DNA of 57,169 nucleotides, the filler included, from Platydemus manokwari (taxonomy: Eukaryota): the NCBI GenBank assembly GCA_037951405.1. It is 5 parts of 5 records of this genome, joined end to end, with 100 filler letters (N's around TTAATTAATTAA, not from the genome) between each part and the next. Parts side by side here need not be neighbours in the genome. Positions count along the whole stretch, not along the records: positions 10,416 to 21,128 come from JBBMOY011110886.1; positions 21,229 to 34,589 come from JBBMOY011750285.1; 3 more parts are not named here. One strand, written 5' to 3'. Positions 13,401-27,210 of the stretch are shown here, in pieces (position 1 is the stretch's first letter; each line of letters starts with the position of its first letter). A program made the translations under genes and the position numbers. The notes below the pieces were generated by a model. That model saw nothing but the letters and a program-made list of their open reading frames with translations, was not told the origin of the DNA and did no database searches.

Positions 13401-16083
13401 ATCGATGTATAAAAATAACATAATCAATCTATAAATTACTGAAACAATTTACACAAAAATTATTATTATATTTTATTTCTATGTAATATTTATAAAATAA
13501 TTTCATCAATTTCGAGAAGAAAACCCGATTCAAATGTTTTTACCCATTAAAACAAACTCCAACATTCACATCTTCCTGTCTAAATAAATTAATTATTAGG
13601 AAATTTACATATTAAGCATTAAATAAAAATTCGTAGAGAATATCTACGGATGACTCATCGATGTCTATATAGGATGGTGTTCATATTATGGTACACACTT
13701 AGTCATATTGTCGATAATAGAGAAGAAGTGATAATTGATAGTCTGCGATTTCAGAAGATTCTGCATTTGTAATGAAAATCTTTTTATGCCCAGTTTTCAT
13801 TGGTGGAGAACCTGGACACGTACGCTTTTATTGCTATCTAAAATCATATTTTAAAATCCGTCATATTCTTATTTATGAAGCAGTCTCATTCTTGAAAAGA
13901 TTTTACTCCAAAACAGGGAGGGAATTATAAACCATAATTTTTTCTGGAATTGATGAGGTTAAAATTAATCAAAGCTTTGAATGATTTGAATATTTCATGT
14001 TCTGTTATAGTGGTTTATAAAAATATAATTTGTCATTTAATAATATATTTTAGTTACCTAAATTTGATTTTTGGTTTGTGCAGTAGTTATAGCAGTTAAT
14101 TGTAATAATAATAATTTTGTATTTAATTGTGATAACAATATTTGGTAATCAATATTGATTCACAATATTCAATTTAACTTTCAATAACGATCTGGACTAT
14201 AATTCTGGTATCAAATATAGATAATAGGGAATATATGATTGTAAGTGAGTTAATTGAATTTAACTTAACATCAATTTATAAGTTTTATCGATGTTGTCAC
14301 ACCTAGTGTCTTCACATAATAGGGTGGTGAGAGGCGAAAAATTGATATAATAATGTAGATACATCCGTGGTCTTTATAAGAACTCGTTGAAGTGGTAAGT
14401 CGACAGTGATAATCAATATAAGACTATTAACATAAAAAATAAACCAAAAGTGGCCCAAACGTGAAACAATAATTACACAAATACAATTCGTTTTTTAAAT
14501 TGATATTTATTTTCGGTACGTAATTTACTAAATTACGAAATATCAGGTAATTATTGACATTTTATAAATATCAAGCCAGTGAGAGGGAGATCACTGCAAT
14601 GTTGCGAGCAAAATAACATAAAGATGTGACATGAAGTTGGAGACTGTTTTTGAAGAATTATAATTGAGGAGAATTCTACAAACAAGTACTTTTAATTATA
14701 TGTTTTATATATTTGAAATTTATTCGCAAAAAGTCTTTCGGAATACCGGTATATGAAATTGTATTAGAGAAAAGGGTAAAATTATTAGCATCGTGAAAGT
14801 ACTTACGAACGTAGTATTAGCAATTTCATGAACTCGATCCGCTTTTCTTATTCATTTGATCGAACTTAATTAATGACTCGACTCTTGTAAATAAATTGTA
14901 CATTGTGATATCAAATATAATCTAGCGGTCAACTTATTGTCTTAATAATTCAGATTAATAAGTTAACGAATATTGTTTTGCTCTACACCAAGTAGACTCA
15001 ACGAAAGTATTTGAAAAAATATGTTTTTAAATTGATTTCTGAAATCATGTTCTTCATATTTCATTAATTGTCATTGACGATCCAGAAGAACAGTATATCG
15101 ATGTTAGAAATTTCATTTAATGAAAGTTTTAACTGCTTTATTTTATGTATTTTTATAAATAAAATAGATTATAATAAGAAGTCTTAAAACAATAATGATT
15201 CTTGTGTAATTATATAAATTAATTATTTGTGGAACTTATTCTTATTATTGAAATTTATTCTTTTTATTAAAATCTTATCAACCACATAAAAAAGAGAGCA
15301 TAGTGTAACTATTATTTACAAGATTGGAATCAATGATGCATTCCGCCATAGTCAATGCATAAACTTTGTAATAAATATTAAAACGAAAACTACATTCAAT
15401 CATTAAGTTCGTTTAGAAAGCACTTCTCATACATGGATTTAAAGAATGTAAATAAATGAATAATATTTCTGTGTCAAATAATATAACAAATTTTTAAAAA
15501 TTATTCATTTTAAATTTGACAAGTTTTACTTGATATTTTTAGTGAATTAATTAGATAAATATCATTGATTTTATGTTTAAAAATATAGATTGAAATAATT
15601 TTGATAATTTAATACTTTAAAATTTTTAAGAAATTATTTTTATTAAAATTAGCTTAATCCCCTAAAGATAAACAACAGAAAATCAAGACGGTTTAGTTAA
15701 CATGTTAAAGGAAGACATAAAGCCGAAATATTGATAATCATAAATTAAAAATTCAGATTTTCTTGTTTAAAATTTATTAAAGATAATCTTAATAATTAAA
15801 GAATTCAACAAAAGAAATAAGAAAGTTTTTGATTTATAATACATGCTTTACAAATAATACGAATTTTAATTATTCAACTGCATCATAGTTTTAAAATTAA
15901 ATTTTGAATACCATGACGTTATATTAATCTTAAGTAAATAACAATATCTAAGTAGACAATAGAGCTTTACACAGAAGCCAAAGCTAGTCAACTTTGATAC
16001 AACATTAAATCAAATAATTAACAAACATTATGACAATTTTACTTTCTGTTCTAAATGAAATTGCCAATAAAAAAATAACATAC

Positions 16084-16276
16084 AGCATGCCAAGTTGAAC
16101 CAGATGTTAATTCAGCCTTTTCAAGTAACACAACATTCTTCACTCCATATTTTGATAAATGATAAGCAGTACTAACACCAACAGCTCCGCCGCCTATTAT
16201 TATCACTTCTGCATTTGAACTTTTTCTTTTTCTTAAAGGATGATCGGACACATTTGCACTTATACATCTTTTATTG
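16084..16276 (-). CDS. DMGDH: Dimethylglycine dehydrogenase, exon 2 (FAD-binding N-terminus); partial gene
   Basis: Reads [43 protein letters not shown], then a GTATGT donor. Contains the Rossmann GxGxxG and the GSTWHA(AG) flavinylation-His motif of DMGDH (SARDH has GTTWHT). No downstream exons were found in the window. Confidence 0.85.
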
Positions 16277-16327
16277 CTGAATATGAATTGTTAAAAACAT
16301 AATTTTGACATAATAATTTAATAAAAC

Positions 16328-16383
16328 TTGTACAGTCCATGTCTTAGATTGGTGATCGAAACTTTCTTTGCACAATTCAGCAT
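16328..16383 (-). CDS. DMGDH: Dimethylglycine dehydrogenase, mitochondrial, predicted exon 1 (transit peptide)
   Basis: ATG at 16383 gives MLNCAKKVSITNLRHGLY(N), which is basic and has no acidic residues, as expected for a presequence. A 51-nt GT..AG intron (16327-16277) removes an in-frame TAA and joins in frame to exon 2. Confidence 0.65.
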
Positions 16384-16629
16384 TACATTTAAATGAACTT
16401 TCATATTATTAAATTATTTATATTGTTTGAATAAAACGATGAATATTTATAACCCTGACCTTTGCTTTTGTTTATCAAAGTTTATATTATTTTTTATTTT
16501 CGTATTTGGTTAAACCTATATGATAAATATTAACATGCAGTGGAATATTGTCAAAAAATACTTAGTTTTTCATTTGAAATTTCTTAGCTTAAATTATGAT
16601 GCATCAAAAGCTTTTGTGTCCTATATTCT

Positions 16630-19020
16630 AGTTTGAATATATTAATAAAAAAAGATTTGACGAAACATTTATTTGATGATGATATATTTATAAGTACACT
16701 GGTACATCAACCACCAGGAAACACCCAGAAAACTCTGATATGTGAAAACCAACAACAAATAATAATCTCTGATTATTATATAAGAAAGTTTCATCGATTC
16801 AATAAGTTTCAGAATGCACTATTGATGATGAAATTCTTCTACCTTTCCTTTCAATCTAGAATTACTATTCACTGACATTGATATCAGTAGTGTCTTAAAA
16901 GCTTTATTTACAAATTTTATCAATCAACTTATCATCACAAAAATTGCCAATGAATTTAACAAAAGATTCAATAAAAAAAATCAACACAAACACAGAAATT
17001 ATCTTTGCACACAAAAACATCGTGGGACTTCATTGGGTGCTATTTGAGTATGATAAAGAAATTGGCGTCAATTATTGGTTAAATCCATATAACGATGTTT
17101 ATAAACTAAGAGAAACCATTCAATCTTATAGTAATGTGCATAAATATCTGAGCAACATTTTTCAATAAGATTACAGTCTTAGACATCCACAACCTAAAAT
17201 CTCAGACAACAAACAAATGGAATAGATTGTGGTTCAATGATTTGCTTTTACGTATCGAAAGGAAAAAGTCTGTCTGACTAGCGTATGTCAATGTTAGACA
17301 TTAGAAAACTTACACATCAACTGAGCAATTCTTGCAACTTCATCGATAGTGATGATGAGTCAACAACTTAAAACCTCATATTTCTACGTGATATAGATAG
17401 CCTTATTTATTCCAAATCAACAAAATCAGAGATGAATGCTTTTCTTCAATGGACTTATAAGAATTTTCCCGAAACAATGGTTTTAGACACAGTCTTAGTT
17501 TGAAACATCATTATAGACAATATCCCGTATATCTCGAAAGCACGTCTCTCTCCATTCAATCCTACAATAATAATTTATTTGCAGTTGCATCGTTATAAAA
17601 AATAAACAATTCTTATTCATCTTTCGGATATCAGACAAAATCAGTCAAATAATAAATGTCAATAATGTAAAGGATAATGAACAAAAGATATCAATATTAA
17701 AAACGCTCAGTAAATTCAAGAAGCGTGTCTTCTTTCAAGAATCAATTGAAACATAAAATTGCAATGCGCCATTAAAATTGCCATGTGTCGGATATAATGG
17801 CTTTCATGTCGAGATTTTATATAAGTATGCAGCACTCAATTTATTCAATCAGAAGCTCAACATATCAAATTCAACACCAACATGTTCATCCAATTTATCA
17901 ACGATAATGACCGGAACATCAAAAGTAATACATCGTTGATCAGTAGACAAATATCATTCAAGGATATCATCAAGTTCTTCGAATCTCTATATCTGGAAAC
18001 AAGGAGCAACATTATTGACCCTTTTATATGTTCAGCGCAACTATAATGTCAAAACTTAATGGAACAGAAATGTCAAAGCAAAAACACTTTCAAAACACTC
18101 ATACCATAGCTTTAAGCTTCGAATCAACTGATTAAGAAACAGTTATCAGAATAAATGACTCAGTTGGATGGACAATGGCAATTACTCCAAAGATGAAAAG
18201 AGCAACAACATATATGATCCACCAACCAATACATGAATCCTACTTTCAAAAATTATTGCACGGAAGAAACTCATATTTCCTTGCACAAGTTATTTCAAAT
18301 AATATCAAATTCAACCATCTGATTTTCAATGGTCAAATTTGAGACTTCGCACGTAGTTTCATTCAAAAACCAAGATTAAATTATCTATCAGTCAATACCA
18401 GAATATTTGAAAAGAAACCAATTAAACTCCGAAGGTCACCGTGGTAATTCGGTAGAAGAAACAATGACACACATACCTCAATCATGCATACCTTGTATGA
18501 GTTTCATCACAAACAGGCATGATGCATGTCTCCGTCTTAGTTACAGCTACATCAAATCTTCAAATCTAATAATTGGTGTCAATGAATCAGTATTTTACAT
18601 CACAAGTTACAAAAAATTATCAAACCTTTGTGACGATCTGCATATTGAAGATGTCAATAAAAAGAATATCTGACTGAGGTGAAATGTCCTCAATTATTTG
18701 AGCCCGCCAATAGCAAAAATCTTTAACACTACAAGCTATTGCTAGAAAATGTTCTAAGCTTATAACCCGGATATCAAATAACAGTGCAGACAATCATCAT
18801 CTGGTCACTTGGAACAATTCCAAATTCAACTCTTGAAGTTCTTAGAAAAATAAAAATTTCTGAAAAGAACATCTGCAGTCTAACATAAAGCTTGGTAATC
18901 TCAAATGTCAAACATTCGTCGATAATTAGGCATCACCACCAAAGCAGCGTAGCCATGGATATCTTCGAACAGGCTGATGAGACAGTGAAAGAAGCATCAC
19001 AGAGAAATGATTAACCACCA
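16630..19020 (+). mobile_element. Degenerate RLE-type non-LTR retrotransposon (NeSL/R5/Utopia-like) with Ulp1-like protease; RT core not found
   Basis: Ulp1-like motifs GLHWVLF (~17025-17045) and QQTNGIDCG (17207-17233). Post-RT motif FIQKPRLNYL (~18360). Zn-knuckle remnant EETMTHIPQSC...RHD (~18455-18525). RLE-like motifs DL...EVKCP and VQTIIIWSLGT (~18635-18820). Many stops and frameshifts. Confidence 0.8.
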
Positions 19021-19179
19021 TAAAATTTTTAATAATAAATCGAGTTAGTTAACTACATACTTGTTTAATAATATCATTGGTTATTTTTATAAAATAATTG
19101 TAAAAATTTTGAGTATCTCTCGATTTGCTTCTAATGTTATGAATAGATCCTCGCTAATTCTCAATAAAAAAGCAAAACA

Positions 19180-19371
19180 GGCTTTAAAATTTTAGGAGAC
19201 TTTGAAGCTTTAGTACATTTAATGTTTGATTTCAAACAACTCAAATTCTTCTTAAGAAACTTAAATAAAACATTTGAAATGCTTTTAAAGAATTTAATTA
19301 AATAAAATATAAAAATATTTGAAATACACTCAACATATTTTATTTTAGAACTCGTTTTCTTAATTTTAGCC
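19180..19371 (-). mobile_element. Merlin-family terminal block, inverted copy
   Basis: Reverse complement of ~2066-2260; ends TTTTCTTAATTTTAGCC. Confidence 0.65.
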
Positions 19372-19574
19372 TTGTTATTTAATAAAATCTTAATTCAAAA
19401 GGTTTATATTATTATAAATGTGCTTTACAAAAATATTAATGGTTCGTTTCTTAATTCTTTTTCTCCACGTGTGTACATTACTTTCGTAAAGTTAATGAAT
19501 AAACACATAAAGACGCATTTTCATTATCTCTTCTTGGCGAAATGGTCAAAACAGCCACAGACTTGTAAACTAGT

Positions 19575-20060
19575 TACAATAACATTCAAATAGAGGGTGA
19601 TTTCAATCCAATTATAGCTTTTAGCGATAGCAAAGGTTTATAAAAATTGAAAGTAATGGCATTCAAACTTACTGGAGTGCCAGCGACTTTCCGGAGAGTA
19701 ATGAATATAATGCTCATAAAAATGTATCATACTTTAGTTCATAAAGATAATATCATCATTTACTCAAAAAGCTAAGATGAAAATATAGTAGTTATCGAGA
19801 ATTTTTTAAAAAAAATTAATCGCAACACAGACGAAATTACAACTAACTCAGTTTGACTTGGCAAAGAAAGAAGTTAAATATCTTGTTAACTTTGAGATAG
19901 GGTAAATGGAATTTCATTAAATTAAACATAAATCGTAAAAATAAACAATGCATATGACCAAAAACCATGAAACACATTCAAGAATTTTTAGGTCTGGATT
20001 AATTGTTGTGGTATTGAAAATTAAAAACAATACTGAGTTAAAATAAAGGATCATTCCAAC
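19575..20060 (+). mobile_element. Ty3/Gypsy LTR retrotransposon reverse transcriptase remnant
   Basis: Reads IAFSDSKGL*KLKVMAFKLTGVPATFRRVMNIML...VHKDNIIIYSK...KKEVKYLV, a decayed version of TAF.T..GLYEF.VMPFGL.NAPATFQR.M...VYLDDIIIYSK...EV.YLG. Confidence 0.8.
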
Positions 20061-21128
20061 AAACAAAAGAGGCAGAAATTAAACGAAATTAATCAACATG
20101 CTCAAAGAACCAAACATCATATAAATAAGACCCACATATCATTTCTCAGAGCAAACAACATGTGATTTCTCGCAGCACATTTCATTATATTCACAACATT
20201 AATTTTCGAAATAATCATTCGACTTTATTCATACTCAAGCTCATATAATAATAAACATAATTATTGCCGTCATTGTTATTTTATTTCGTAATTATCTCCA
20301 GCTGGAGATTCGTTGTGAACCATCAAACGCCCGCAAAATCTACAATAAAGTCAAATCTCTCCATTTCTTTTTATATTGCAGTAGGGTACTAATAATTCTC
20401 TCAAGACATTGAATCTTCTCTGTTCATTTAAAGCATTATAATTTCGCCAATCTTTATTATATTATATAAATAATATCATTTCAGTTTGTAATTATGATTG
20501 TCATATCTTTAAAATAGTCGCATGCAACCTATTAATGTGTTACGTTTCAGATCTTTAGTGGAATCATCAACCATCTGCTCTAATTCATGCTACTAATTTA
20601 ATTATCAATACATCGATTTATCATTGTTGATTTATCTACAAATCTATAACGCACCAGTAAATTTCATCCCTTTTTTACGGTAATATATTCAAAAAGAAAT
20701 ATTGACATCCTTGAATCTCAACATTCTCTGTTCTATTCTCCAGGGTTTCCTGATAGCTAGCTAAGAACACTCAAATACTTGTTTTGGAAGGGCTTAAAGA
20801 AACATTTGAATATAAATAATCTTTAGTTATTTGAAATCCTTGTAATCTACATGATATTTAACTAATTTATTTCTTGGTTTTACTTCATTGTTTATAAATT
20901 TATTAAATAGTATAATGTTGATATTATGTAATTATAATAATATATTATTCTTAAATAATTATCTACATCTGAACTATTGTTTTAATTCAAAATTACGAAG
21001 TTTATAAATTTTAAAGTTAGATAAGTAAGGATTTTCACTATCAAATCATTTATTATCTACAAAAGTGCATATTTGCCAACACGAATACGTAAATTATTTC
21101 TAAAAATGCAGTGTTAATTATATTTAAG

Positions 21129-21228
21129 NNNNNNNNNNNNNNNNNNNNNNNNNNNNNNNNNNNNNNNNNNNNTTAATTAATTAANNNNNNNNNNNNNNNN
21201 NNNNNNNNNNNNNNNNNNNNNNNNNNNN
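21129..21228. other. Assembly spacer (44 N + TTAATTAATTAA + 44 N)
   Basis: Seen directly. Confidence 0.97.
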
Positions 21229-21409
21229 TTATTTAAATAGCTATTATCATCATAAATTATAGAATATTTTTCATGCATTTTATTATGATATTATAATTAT
21301 CAACATATTTTATAATTCATTAATAATATTAATAGCTTTAATATAAGATTTTTTCATTATTATTGTAAATATTTATTTATAAAATATTGATGTTAATTTT
21401 ATTTGTTAG

Positions 21410-21566
21410 ACGAGTTTTATTTGACTACGATTGAACGAACAGAAGATTCCGAGAAACTGAATATCAAAGGAAATTACATAATGAAACTTGGATTAAATTC
21501 ACTGGAATTGTTGGAAGTCTCTACTCGAGAACCGTTTCATTTATTTCCTTACTCTTCTATTCGAAG
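21410..21566 (+). CDS. DOK-family docking protein, exon encoding the first half of the IRS-type PTB domain (not in the ORF track)
   Basis: Bounded by ttag and gtaatt. Reads EFYLTTIERTEDSEKLNIKGNYIMKLGLNSLELLEVSTREPFHLFPYSSIRR and joins in phase 2 to 24212, giving PYSSIRRFG (DOK consensus WPY..LRRYG). Confidence 0.85.
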
Positions 21567-24211
21567 GTAATTTTAAGTCTCAATCAATTAATCTCAATTA
21601 ATTTTACAAGATATCACTTTTATTTTATTATTTTATTTATTTATTATTTATTATTTTTTTCTATTTATTATTTTTTTTCTATTTTTTATTTAATTTAAAG
21701 ATTAATGATTATTGATTATAATTATATATAATGGGTATATATCATTTTTATTTTATTATTACTTATTTTTTATTTATTATTTTTATATTATTATTTATTT
21801 TTATTATATTTTTTTCTTATTTTTTTCATTTAATTTAAAAATTAATGATTATTGATTATAATTATACAAATTTCGTTTTATTTTTTATATTATATATAAT
21901 TTAATTTATTAATATTTATTAATAATTTATTAATATAAATAATTTATTATATTTAACTTTGTTTTTGTTTTTTGTACCATAATTTATACTTATAAGTATT
22001 ATTAATATATTAGTTCACAAATAATATTTAAAGCGGCCCACACACTGTTGATATGAATTTAAAATTAGCATTTATTGATTTGAATTGACTAACTGAATGA
22101 GCTCAGTTTTGATAGAATCGGAATTTGGTTAATAAATGTCTCATTGATTGTCATAATATGTGTCTAATGTTTAGAATAATTATTAAGGGGTAAATTATTT
22201 TTTAACTTTTCAATCTTATTCGCAAATTGTTGTTTTTTCAAGTCTGATAAATTCGCTTTATCAATCGATTTTTATTAAAGATAATCAGAAATGTATCTTC
22301 TCGGTTATATTTGTGTAATATTCAGGATAATATTATATTTATAAATCAATATAACACATTATCTTGACCTAATCATAACCACATTTTAACTGTAATTTCA
22401 TCGGTTGTGTTGAGCTAATGGTTGTAATGTCAAAATATAGAGTAGAGATATGAATAGATATATATATTTATCAATTATGTCTGCTCATTGGACGATTCAA
22501 TCATCAAATTATAAACACTTTTAACTCGAACCAGTAATAAAATTTATTATTCCAATACTTGATTGCTCACTTCTTGTCTAAAGCCACATTATCCAGTATT
22601 GATTCATATAATTTGATATTCTGCTTTGTAACGTATTCATATGTACTCTTGGTTATCAACAAAAAATAGACCCAGTATTATATTTTCTTTATTTGACCTC
22701 ATGAAGTACAAATTAATGTTAAGATAAGGTTGATGATAGTTGTTGATTGAAATTTCAAATAACCAATCAATAAATTAATAAATTTTATTGAATAAAATAG
22801 ACAATACGATCTTGAATTTTAGATAAATTAAATTCCTACACTGTCTTTGAATAAATCATCAATGTTTTTCGGGTGAACATTGTCAAGGTTTCGCAGCATC
22901 ATTATAAATATAAGATAAGATGATGTAGTGATTAAATATTCGTTTCACAGATCATGGGTTGAAAAGCACTGGGTTAAATGTTTTACTGCATTTGGCATAG
23001 CAATGACCATTGATATGATTTTTATTATAAATTATTTAAATTATCAAATCATCATTCGACGAAACAAATACGAACTAAATTTGATGAAAGAATTTTTTTC
23101 TGTCTAAATTTGAATTTCAGACTTTATCGTAAATTATATAAAAGATTAACAAACATGTTGTATAGAAGATATTGTGGGGATATTTTTCAAGATTTTAATG
23201 ACATTTTTATGATCCATAAAACATTGAATCGGATTTAGAAATCTCACTTTTTACTGAAATTGATTTTTAAATCTCTCCTAGCATAATGTAATATAAAATG
23301 TAAGACAGTAGATTTTTATTCGAGCTATATTTTGGTTGTTTGTTGATTTGATATTGTAGATTTTTTTAATAAAAAATAATAACAAATATTTAATGATAAA
23401 AATGAGTCTGAGAAACTTGTAAGTAAATTACACTGGTAGCTAGAATCTTTTGTCGCCAATTGATTCAGAAATCACGGGTCTTAACAATGGTCGAACTCAT
23501 AATATGTTTAGGCTTTTCGAATAAGAAAAATTAGAATAATATATTTTCGACCATATTGAGATATTATTGATTATTTTTATTTAAAATTGTAGCTTTTTGC
23601 GTGAGGTCTCGCTGCATGAATCTTACTTATAAGAAGAGAATCTAAAATATTAGTTTTTTATTATAGCTATTATATTGTGTATGATCATCATTTTATGAAA
23701 AATTTCACACAACCATTGAGAACACAAGCACATTTAATTCATTCTGATGATTTTTATCAATGATGATTCAAGTTTTACTATAAACGTGTTAGCAATTAAA
23801 GAACCATTAAAACTCATCGAATATAAAAAGATAAGAAGAAGCTTATTATGTTGTCATAAAATTTTCTGCTATTTTTCGAGTTATTTTTTTTTACATACTT
23901 CCACAATTCATATAGGTTTTCCATGCTTATCTATTTATAACTTATTATTTATACAGAAAACTATCGGAATAATAATTAACTATTGATATCACAAGTTTTT
24001 GGAGCCACTAGAGACTCAAATAATTATTTTATTATTATTATGTCACGAGGATTCTCAAAACCCTTACGATAATAATAGTAATGCGATCGAGCTGTTAATA
24101 ACGATAATATTAATGATAATAATTATTATTAAAATATCCAGTAAAATTAAATAAATATAAGGTATACTTGCTAGTAATTATTTCGAAAATTGTATTACTT
24201 ATTTTCATTAG

Positions 24212-25331
24212 ATTTGGCGCCAAAGAAAACTTCTTTAGATTAGAAGCTGGGAGACATTGTACCACCGGAAACGGTAGTTTCATATTTCGTGTCAATGATG
24301 CAGTGCATATTGCTGAAAAATTGAAACATAATACAAGGCAAAATAAATTGTCTCATAGCTCTTGTATGACATTAAATAAGCCATCGATATCGGAAATGTC
24401 ATTGCAAATTGCACAGAAAACCAATACAATGGTCAACACAAAAGGTTGTCAAAGCATGGAAATGATAACACAAGATGACCATAAATCACCTAGAAGCAAA
24501 TCTCTGTCGAGAAATTCAACCTACCAGGAAAAGAGTTCTAGAAAAAATTCAAATTGCTTTTCTTATGAAAATGAGACAGAAAATAAACGTAGACCTTCTT
24601 ATGAAGTAACAAGAAAATCAATTTTGAAAGATGAACCACCTGAAATTATACCGCGATTGAAGCATAATCAAAGTAAGGAATTAAAATCAGAAACTAGAAC
24701 ACCTGAGAAAATTCCATTAGAACAAGAAACTCGTTGTGATAGTATTGTCATACAAAAATGCATTATTGATATGGATTCACAGGAAAATCCAACGAATAAC
24801 GGATCAATCAACCCGGAAAACAATTCAAAAAGACCGTACGTATATGAAATATCACAAGAAATCATTCCTGCAACGAAGATTCAACAAAACATGGAAACGA
24901 AACCAGAAAACAAAATACCATTTCCAACAAAGATGACGACATTAGTGGAAACATCGGCTGATTTCGGTGATACATTTAACGATATAATTGGCTCGAGTGA
25001 CCACAACAATGCAGAATATGAAATTAAGGAAAAGCTAGAAGATAATCTGTCAGCAGATAAAGTGGATTCGAAATTGGATAGTGTTTGTCCCGAAAAAAGC
25101 GAACATTTTATTTCAGATGACAAAATGCGTCCAAACTATATTCAGATTGTTCCAGAAGTTCGTAAAATAGATGAGGAAAATCTATCGGATAGCTTTGCAT
25201 CAATTGGCAATTCTGATCTCCGATTACTGGAGCGCAATAGCTTGACAACAGATTTATTCCAATTCAAATCTGATGATTCTATTGATTCTTCCGAGGTTTT
25301 GGATAAGGAAAAGAGACCCACAAGTTTATTC
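24212..25331 (+). CDS. DOK-family docking protein, exon with the second half of the PTB domain and a long low-complexity Tyr-motif tail
   Basis: Reads FGAKENFFRLEAGRHCTTGNGSFIFR (DOK consensus FSFEAGRRC.SG.G.F.F). Acceptor cattag ends at 24211 and donor GTAAGT starts at 25332. The frame is open throughout the 1120 nt. Confidence 0.88.
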
Positions 25332-25539
25332 GTAAGTATTATTGATTTTATTCTTTGATTTTATAATAAAACTTTGATAATATTATATTAATAATAAATA
25401 ATTATAATCATATTAATAACAGAAATTAATCAATGAATTTTATTTATATTTGATATTATTATTTTTATCAATACTATTAGTATTAAATAATATATTTTAA
25501 TCAATATAATAATATTTTAAAGATCAATAAAAATTATGA

Positions 25540-27210
25540 TTGGTCATTTCGAAAATACATTACATTATGGTGTGTTGTGAGGGATATGCTGATATAAATC
25601 GTGTCCACACTCATCAAGTAGTAAGTGATAATAGGTAGGAATAATGTGACAATGGTTTTGAATCCATCATTGAATGAATTATAAAATGATGAATGCCATA
25701 CTAATTAATAGAAAGAACACTGAAACTGGTCTACCGCTAAAATACTAAAATCGATTGTCAATTATTCAATCGGCAATCCCTCATAACTCTTACATTGGTG
25801 AATAACAATGAGTAATCTCGCTATTAGTCAACACCATTGAATCATCAATCATAAAATGTTTTATTTTCATTTTAAGTAGACCAGTCAATAATAGCAGCCA
25901 GATTGTATTTGAAAGCTGTATCTGTTTTGTTATTTTAAAATTACTCAGTAATTATCATATTTCATTGAATTATGTGATGAAATCTTTTGTGATAATTTAG
26001 GATATGACTGTTTTACTTTAAATCGATAATACAGAGTTCACATTTAAAACCGTCAACTGAACAGAAATATTACCCTGGTATCCGTGAATTTAAATGGAAC
26101 CATTATCAGGGGTTATTATTAATCATTAACATTCACAATTATATCGATTAATTTAAATAAGCTTTGAAATGATAATTCGAATCAATTTTTGCAACGCTCA
26201 TTTTCAAATGTATGATTTTGAGTTTGAGTAATTATAAGTTCAATTGACGAATCAAAATGAGATTAATATAATATTTAATCGATAATATGTAATTGATTTA
26301 ATCTATAATTGGTAATTGATAATAAACTCATTTGATAAACTGGCATTTAGATGAATTTTTTATCACTAGGTTTGTCAAATTGACTGGTTTGGTTTTTAAT
26401 TGCATTTTTAAGTTTTATCAGTCACCAGCTAAAGCTTTACGGATAAATTATTAATGTAATTCTATAAAGATTCTGAAAAATCAATAGTGAATAAAACTCT
26501 AAAATTATTTTAAGCTTCAATTTATGAATTGGATTATTCAATCCCCTTGGTGTATTTAGTGTTAAAATAAAGCTCATAGATTATAGATTTAACGGTTTTA
26601 AATCAATATTTAACCTTAGCTAACTCTTCTATTTGGTGATTTTAATAAAATGTATCTGTAAGGATTACGAATGTTTCTTTATTGAAACCATGACAATTCC
26701 AACGGGCAATGCACAGACAGATTAGTTTTGTAATCATTTCTACTCATAAGAATAGAACGTCGAAATAAATTCTGTTAATCAAGAAGATTTTTATATGAAT
26801 GAGTTTCAGACATCATTTGATGAAACCTTTACATTTTTGAGCGTATTATATGGTCTGGAATGTTTTAATTAATGTAATCTTGTCACTTTTCTTGTTCTAT
26901 TGCATATCGTTCAAGTATCAATCATATTTGACAATCAACACACACAGGACCGAGACGATATTGATATTGTGGGTTATTTGAACTTCTCAATTACCAGTGC
27001 ATTTATTAATTAAAGAAATTCACAAAATTAAATCGTTTAGATTTATAAATCATCTTTTCCACATTGATTATCCGATCATTTTTCATCCATGTATCAGCAA
27101 CGGTTATGAACAAAAATATTGTAAAGTTAAATTTATCGATTTGGTATGAACTTTGTAAGACAGTTTTAGCTTGTATATCATTTATTATATTGTGTTCGAA
27201 CTCTTTCAAT
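25540..27210 (-). mobile_element. Heavily decayed LINE (APE endonuclease / RT) remnant within a DOK intron
   Basis: ITVADTWMK resembles the APE motif I.ITETWL, and GYQGNIS...NLAAIIDWS resembles RT motifs. Many stops. Confidence 0.35.

Noticed and set aside
1-16083. Downstream DMGDH exons (expected to begin AGL...)
   Set aside because: None found by eye. They probably lie on another contig, so I do not call the gene a pseudogene.
21620-21870. Direct repeat of TTTAATTTAAAGATTAATGATTATTGATTATAATTATA about 140 bp apart
   Set aside because: It is a simple intronic tandem duplication in low-complexity DNA with only two units, so it is not a CRISPR-like array.
24668-25123. Overlapping and antisense ORFs (24110, 24668, 24736, 24881) around the DOK exon
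   Set aside because: They are shadow frames of a real exon.
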